From positions 79,918,001 through 79,982,000 of the forward strand of contig OX597826.1 in assembly GCA_951406725.2 (NCBI GenBank): a stretch of 64,000 nt of DNA, given 5' to 3'. Position numbers and translations under genes: made by a program. This DNA is from Octopus vulgaris (taxonomy: Eukaryota). Below the pieces are notes generated by a model. It was given only the letters and a program-made list of their open reading frames with translations. It had not been told where the DNA came from and did no database searches. Shown here piece by piece: positions 56,576-64,000 of this stretch. Numbering within the stretch: position 1 is the first letter of the stretch; every line of letters begins with the position of its first letter.

Positions 56576-56984
56576 ATAGATAAATAGATAGAAAGTCAAG
56601 TAAACGTTGGCTATGACCTGTCAAGTTTTGAAATCTTGCCTGTTTAAAGTTTTATCTGATGATGGTGGATTGTATATTATGCAATCTATTATGATTGCAT
56701 TAAATAAGTAAAAGTCTACCAAAATCGGTGTCGTACATTTTAAACGCCATTTCTGTTTATTTATTTTATATCTCCCGCCCATTTGGAACCCACCCTGAAT
56801 CGCATCTGTGGTTTAAATTGGATTTGTCATTTGCATATGTATGGTATCCTACCAACACTTCATGTCTTCGATGTTGTTTATTTCACTGTGAATTCTATAA
56901 GCTATTTTTGGCGCCCTACTAGTTCATGTGCCCTGACTCTTAAAAATCCTAATAATAAAATATGTGAGTATGTGTGTGTGTGTA

Positions 56985-57015
<31 letters not shown>

Positions 57016-57041
57016 CTATCTGTGTGTCTGTATCTATCTAG

Positions 57042-57081
<40 letters not shown>

Positions 57082-57114
57082 ATAAAGAGGGTGAAAGAGA
57101 AAAAGGGAGAGCGT

Positions 57115-57146
<32 letters not shown>

Positions 57147-57475
57147 TAATCACTTAATGCAACTGGTTCTAAATAAAAGATAGTACTCAATATATTGTAT
57201 AGAATTTCTTTGTATATTTACTTAGACTAAGAATTTGGCTGCTGCTCCAGATTCGCGCTGTGCAATCGATATAATCTTAGACTATCGAGTTGTACCTAAA
57301 TCTTTCGTGTAATTAAATACACGTATACAAATATAGTAATTTGCTATAAATTACCTGTAAACTAAATGTCATACATACATACGCATATACGTACATATAT
57401 ATACATATATATACATGCATACATAGATACACCCATACACACACACACCCCGCCCACCCCCACACACATATACAT

Positions 57476-57790
57476 AGGTGCAGGTGTGGCTGTGGTGTAA
57501 CAAACTTGGTTCCAAAACACATGGTCCTCAGTTCAATCCCACTCTGTGGTAACTTGGCACATGTCTTCTGCTATAGCTTGAGACCAACCAAAGCCTGGTC
57601 ATTGGATTTTGTTGACAGAAACTGAAAGAAATCAATAGTATGTATATGTATGAATATATTTAAATCTATGTGTGTGTCTTTGTGTTTCTCCCTCATCACT
57701 GCTTCACAACTGGTGTTCGTTTATTTACATCCCCATAACTTATTGGTTTCACATGAAGAAACTGATAGAATAAGTACCAGGCTTATCAAA
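57476..57790 (+). mobile_element. Family B SINE
   Basis: AGGTGCAGGTGTGGCTGTGG...AGTTCAATCCCACT...AACTTGGCAC..GTCTTCTGCTATAGC...GAAACTGAAAGAA...GATAGAATAAGTACCAGGCTTA. Confidence 0.8.
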
Positions 57791-57934
57791 ATATAACAAA
57801 AGCACTATGCAGTGTCTCATATTTTTGTTTTCCCTCTCAGTTGTATTTATCAATTTATCTTTGTATGTGTGTGTGTGTGTTTGTGTATGTGTGTGTTTAT
57901 ACATATATATATATATACATATATGTATACACAC

Positions 57935-58015
<81 letters not shown>

Positions 58016-58389
58016 ACATAGTTCTTGAACCGATACTTCAAGTAACGACTAGGGTAGGGTAAATGACTGCTTATTGTGATCATTCGTCTTTTGGTTTCCC
58101 GTAGCTTTGTTCTTTTTTACAAACCCAGTGAACATATATTTCCTATTTCAAAGAAATTTAAACAATAGATATAAGACCCAAGTTAAAAAGATTTTCAACA
58201 ATTCAACTTCTCTTGTTGACGTTAAGATGCCCACCCCCAACAGGGGCCTCAACTCTAACATTTTAGAGCTCCATGACCTTCATTTTCAGGAGCAAAATCT
58301 CTTTAACAGGTTGTATAAGACTGGAATTTTGGAATCTGCGCATAAAAATCAGTAGTATGGGATACATGTGGCACGATTACAAATTGTTT

Positions 58390-58533
58390 AGGGCATGTAA
58401 AGAGGGGAATAACCCTCATCTGCAATTTTGATGAAATCCGAAACATAGATATTCCAGTTCATTACAGAAAATATAACAAAAACGTCTAATTCTTCAATTG
58501 AATGTAACCGGGCAACGCCGGGTATCTCTGCTA

Positions 58534-58535
<2 letters not shown>
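58390..58535 (+). mobile_element. Helitron-type 3' terminus
   Basis: GC-rich hairpin CCGGGCAACGCCGGG (58508-58522) 8 nt upstream of CTAG followed by T, the canonical Helitron end; 5' boundary uncertain. Confidence 0.7.
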
Positions 58536-58584
<49 letters not shown>

Positions 58585-58604
58585 GGAGTAAACACATAAA
58601 TGTG

Positions 58605-58653
<49 letters not shown>

Positions 58654-58774
58654 AGTTATGAGCGGTAATGGTGTCAGTGAAACCCAGAGGTGTCAGGTAA
58701 CACTGAATAAGTGGTATGGATAGACTATAGTTAAGTTCCATAAGGGGTCCAACTTAGGTCATATATCAGCGTGT

Positions 58775-58915
58775 GTATATAAAAATTTTCTTTCGTAATG
58801 AGATAAAAAAAACCAAGGCTGTGTAGATTTTAGAACATTTATAAATGTTTATAAATGTTCTAAAACCTCCACAGCCTTGGCTTTTTATCTCATTACGAAA
58901 ACATTTTTTATATAC
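58775..58915. repeat. Near spacer-less palindrome, ~70-bp arms
   Basis: TTTCGTAATGAGATAAAAA..CCAAGGCTGTG..TTTTAGAACATTTATAAA / TTTATAAATGTTCTAAAA..CACAGCCTTGG.TTTTTATCTCATTACGAAA. Confidence 0.9.
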
Positions 58916-60123
58916 TTATATATATATATGTGGGAAGAAAATGAGAGAAAGAGAGAGAAAGGGTAAACGATGGCATTGATTATATAAGGTTTGAATTCAC
59001 TATAAACATGATGGCGGGAGCTTGCTTGGAACCCCTTTGAACAAAGATCTACACAATTCGGAATTCTAAACAGCTACAATAAAAACGCAAACAACAGCAA
59101 TTGTTGTAGCTGCAGGTGATTCGCTAAACTAGTATTTTATAGCAAATTACTATGTGATTGAATTATTGATTAATCTGCCGAATTAATTATCTCTTGAGGA
59201 GATAATTTAATACCATGCTCGTTCTCGAATGAAATTTACATATTGAAATCAGCTCATCAAAATAATGATTCAGTCATAAAAATTTTAATGCTCTCCCGCT
59301 CTGTTTACGGATATGCATTTTATCTACATCGTGTGATGTGTTTTGCTGTAAACTTAAGTAGGTTGCAATACATCTTGGCTGTGTAGAGACTACTTGTTTC
59401 CATCTGTGTGTGAAGAAGCCGAATGCGGCTGATTGTATTAACATAATATAAATGTTAAATTCGAAAAAATATAACATCGCTTACATGTCTTAATTGATTT
59501 TTATCCAAAGTTACTTACCAGTTTAGTTTGGCGAATAAATTATCGTCGCTTATGAAAGAAATGAATTGATTTTAAGATTATTGAAATCTTGGAGTCCTTT
59601 GTGTGCAAATTATGGCTCAGCATGCAATATGGAATTTAAGAAAAGTCGCTGCAGTTATGTAAGTTGCCTGATTAAAACAATAATTCTTTCTTGATAAAAT
59701 TCGCCGCTTATCAAATAACAACTCTTAACTGCAATCTATTCTTAGTCTGGAAACAGGGTACAAAGGATGCTAAGATACCTTCTGCTGCGCCGATTTTTGC
59801 AGTAAATTTCATAAGAGGTACCATGCTTGCGTCTTCCTTACTGCCTCCGTCTGTCTTTCTCAGTATTCTGCAAGAAGTAGACAAGCATTCAAGGTGTAGA
59901 TATATTTATAAAGATAGCTTGAGTCCCACGCGGATAGGAAAGCCTTCTTTTTTTTCTCTCAGGAGCTTATATACCCCTTTATTAGACTATTTTCCTTAGT
60001 CATTACACGGTGATCGCCATAAGCTTTAAGCTTATATAAAAATACCATTATTATTATTTACAGAATTGTAAAATATTGCACCGTATAACAAAACCATTCG
60101 TAACGAAAGCATATGTGTGTATA

Positions 60124-60177
<54 letters not shown>

Positions 60178-60346
60178 AGGATAATTTTATTACTTTGTTA
60201 ATCCGAATTATCGTTTTGGTTTTATCACCTTTCATTCGTGTATATGTGTATATTTTATATTATTGGGTTTTACCATTGGTTGCCCTGTAGAATATCATAA
60301 AAAAAAATATCATTAAAAAATATCATTAAAAAATATCATTAAAAAA

Positions 60347-60607
60347 AATCGCCGAAAATAATTACAGTAATGAAATCATAGGAATACACAATTTCAGGAT
60401 TGCAGGTTCGGATTCAGCCTGGAATGTTTTTAATTTACTCACGGAATTCGCTTTTAGATTATAAAAATTGTTATCGTACAAAAACATTTGTCGAAAAATG
60501 TCACGTAAAGAAATCGCCGGAAATAATGACAGTAAAGGAAATTTGGGAATCCAAAATTTCAGGATTGTGGGTCCGTATTCGGCCCGGAATATTTTTAATT
60601 TACTCAC
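60347..60607. repeat. Diverged tandem duplication (~164-bp period), preceded by three AAAAAATATCATT-like units
   Basis: AAATCGCCG.AAATAAT.ACAGTAA...TTTCAGGATTG...TTTTTAATTTACTCAC at 60347-60441 and 60511-60607. Confidence 0.8.
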
Positions 60608-60662
60608 TAAGTCAGCCTGATTCCAAAATGATATATGTTGGGCTACGGCTTGTAGGAGTAAT

Positions 60663-60750
60663 GTTATTATATTATATTATATTATATTATATTATATTAT
60701 ATTATATTATATTATATTATATTATATTATATTATATTATATTATATTAC
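60663..60750. repeat. (TATAT)n pentanucleotide array
   Basis: Directly visible. Confidence 0.95.
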
Positions 60751-60752
60751 TA

Positions 60753-60965
60753 AGGGGCGAACTGACAGAATCGTTAGCACGCTGGGGGAAATAATTAGCG
60801 GTATTTTGTTTGCTGTTAGGTTTTGAGTTCGAACCTCGCCGAGGTCGACTTTGCCTTTCATCCGTTCGGGGTGATAAAATTAGTACCAGTTACGTACTGT
60901 GGTCGATGTTATAGACTTAATCCCTTCCCCCAAAATTTGAGACATTTTCCTTCCAATTGAAAGGA
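60753..60965 (+). mobile_element. Diverged family A SINE
   Basis: GGCGAACTGACAGAATCGTTAGCACGC...GAGTTCGAACCTCGCCGAGGTCGACTTTGCCTTTCATCCGTTCGGGG. Confidence 0.85.
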
Positions 60966-61474
60966 TTTATCAAAGTTCAAAACAGTGTGACTCACTAACA
61001 TTTACATTTATTATATTAAATATGCTTAATTTCAATTAATATGTATATATAAGTGTGTATGTATATATGTGTGTGTATTAAAGAAAGCAAGAAATGAAAG
61101 AGTTCAGTATGTTGGCCACAGGAATTTCTGTCAAAGAGACAATCTTAGACAAAGTCGTACATCCTCATTCTCCCACATAACCACTCTTTCTCTCTCTTTT
61201 ATTATTACTCCCACTGCAACCATCGACACTACTACTTTTAATAAGCAATCATGAACTCTCCCTAAATTTCTTTCCCTCTTTTTTTTTCTCTACCAAAAGT
61301 ATTGTGTATTCATTTATAGCAATATTAATCTGTTCGCATGATAATAACCATTAACACACACAAATATATATACACATAAATACATGCATACAAACATATA
61401 TATATGTCTGTGAATTCACCTGCTTGTTGCTCGCTCGCCTGCCTTTGGTCTTGTTTTCTGTACATTTGAACCAT

Positions 61475-62195
61475 ATATACATACATACATACATACATAC
61501 ATACATACATACATACATACATACATACATAATACATACATACATACATGCATACATAGATACACACACACATACATACATACATACATACATACATGCA
61601 TACAAACATACACACATACATACATACATACATACATACATACATACATACATACATACACACATGCATACATACATACATACATACATACACACATACA
61701 TACATACATACATACATACATACACACATACATACATACATACATACATACATACACACATACATACATACATACATACATACATGCATACATACATACA
61801 TACATACATACATACATACATACATACATACATACATACATACATACATAGATACACACACACATACATACATGCATACATGCATACATACATACATACA
61901 TACATAATACACACATGCATACATTCATACATACACACATGCATACATACATACATATATATACATACATACATATATCATACACACATGCATACATACA
62001 TACATACACACATGCATACATACATACATGCACACATACATACATACATACACACATACATACATACATACATACACACATGCATACATACACATATATA
62101 TACATACATACATACATACATACATACATACATACATACATACGTATGCATGTATGTATGTATGTATGTATGTATGTATATATGTATATATGTGT
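61475..62195. repeat. Long (CATA)n array switching to its reverse complement (TATG)n
   Basis: Directly visible; switch at ~62143. Confidence 0.97.
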
Positions 62196-62508
62196 AAGTA
62201 TTATGTTTATATATATCTATATCTATGTATTTCTATATTTGTATAACGACAGCGAATAAATAAAGAAGAGCAAGGAGACGGCATTAATTGAAACATAGCA
62301 ACCACGCCTAAATATGGACGTCAGACTAATTTTTATTACAGTTTCACTCAATCAGTCAACTCAATTAAATTAATCCTGACTCCCTCCCCTTATGTATACG
62401 CGTGTGTGTTTGTGTTTGTGCGCATGAGTGCATGCGTCTGTGTGTGTGTATATGTAGGTGTATGCCTATGTATGTATATATGTACACCCAGCATGTTATA
62501 TTATATTA

Positions 62509-62569
<61 letters not shown>

Positions 62570-62573
<4 letters not shown>

Positions 62574-63491
62574 TTCATCCCATAAATAATGCGTTTTTTT
62601 TCAATTGCATGAACTAAAATTCGGAGGAGTATGGGATTAACTACCTGCAGCAATTTGCTATAAAAACAAGTAGTAATTTTAACTTCTCCTTAATCATAGT
62701 GCAAATTTTGAAGAGTGCAGTTCGATTTAACAGTTGTTTTTTTTTTTTTCAAAGCTATAATGGAAGTAACAAAGGAACGCATTCGGCATATTTTGCTTTA
62801 TGAGATCAGTAAAGATAACAATGCAACGGAACGTTTGAGGAATATCAATGTAGTATTTGGGGTTCAGACGTTAAGCTGAAGCCAGTGTCAACGGTGGTCC
62901 CAGAAATTTCGTGCCGGAAACTACAGCCTAGAAGACGAGCCTCGCCCTGGAAGATCTGTAGAACACAAAAGGACGTCCTGCAAACCCTGGTGGAACAAAA
63001 TACCACAGTAACTATTGAGGAACTAGCAGAGAAGCTTGACTTTGTGCATTCAACTTTTCATCGACACCTGCGCTTCAAGAAAAAACGACCATCTTTGATT
63101 TCAAGAGGTAAGGTATTCTTCCATTCGGATAATGCTTGGCCAAATACAGCGGGATGACACTCCGAAGGCTGAAGCAGTTTGAATGGGAATCGATGCCCCA
63201 CCCGCCATATTAGCCGGACATTGCCCCATTTGAGTCTCATATATTCTGCAGTCTTCAAAATCATTAGGATGGAAAAAATATGAATTCTGTAGACAAGGTC
63301 AGAACTGTACTGGAGGAGTACTTTTCGTCACGGACAAGTGAATTTTAGAGCAGGGGCCTGATAAGTCTATCAGATAGATGGAAGAGCATTGTAGAAAATG
63401 AAGGAGAGTATATTTTAGATTAAAAAGGAACTTTGTTTACCTTAATTTTGAAAAATAAAAGTATAAAAATCTGCATTATGTGATCACCCAA
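62570..63491 (+). mobile_element. Internally deleted mariner transposon with both TIRs and TA flanks
   Basis: Left end TTGGTTCATCCCATAAATAATGCG; right end (reverse complement) TTGGGTGATCACATAATGCAG; TA on both sides; inserted in microsatellite. Confidence 0.9.
62760..63423 (+). pseudogene. Mariner transposase pseudogene
   Basis: MEVTKERIRHILLYE...SQCQRWSQKFRAGNYSLEDEPRPGRS...TIEELAEKL...HRHLR | KKRPSL...FFHSDNAWP...PHPPY*PDIAP...RWKSIVENEGEYILD*; contains stops and frameshifts, and the TGDE region is missing. Confidence 0.9.
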
Positions 63492-63492
63492 T

Positions 63493-63525
<33 letters not shown>

Positions 63526-64000
63526 CACTGGTCGACCTAACTCGTGTATGTGATCTCACAATTCCCCATTTTCAGTGATATCTATTCAAATTCCTGCTGC
63601 TCAAAATACATTTATTCCTGTCGTATTATAGATTTTACCAAAGAAATCAGTAACTGATTTCACAAAATTGTAATGTGAGAATTATAAAATAACACAGGTG
63701 GCTGGATGCAATTTGAACCAAAAAGGAATTAATTTACTGTTACTAAAAGTGACCAAGGGTGACTGCAGTGAGTTCAACTTCATCGCTCGCAATGGAGTAA
63801 GCATTAGTGGCGAGTATTAATTTCTTATACAAAATTAACATGTGATAATCTAATGCACCTCGCTTGCGGTGGGGAGTTGTCTCCCTTGTCAGTTCAAATA
63901 GAACATGACTCCTTCTGTGTGAGGGGTCCTTGATACCTATTTCTAGTAACACCGGTACTACTGCACCGTTAGTTAACTTTAGTGACTGTGAATTATTACT

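Overview
AT-rich eukaryotic DNA, almost certainly intronic or intergenic. The extreme (TA)n/(CA)n/(TATG)n/(ATCT)n/(ATT)n load and the recurring tRNA-headed SINE families resemble an octopus (coleoid cephalopod) genome; this assignment is an inference. I found no host exon that I can support, and nearly all long ORFs in the track are microsatellite translations. The window holds: (i) at least four tRNA-derived SINE families, about 25 copies or fragments, two with target-site duplications; (ii) five decayed mariner remnants, one with both TIRs (62570-63491); (iii) remnants of R4/Dong-like, RTE-like, Tx1/L1-like and Penelope-like (GIY-YIG) retrotransposons; (iv) a Helitron-type 3' end. The least-explained signal is a set of short non-coding repeats, mostly beside (TA)n tracts, that carry type I hammerhead-ribozyme-like folds. 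There are about ten; most have a variant CCGANGA core and a palindromic minimal helix III, and one has a G3-C8 swapped core. Alongside them are seven short fold-back inverted repeats, several built from the same repeat families. Together these suggest a poorly described group of non-autonomous, ribozyme-bearing Penelope-like or retrozyme-like elements. All translations, alignments and folds were done by eye; nothing was computed or searched.
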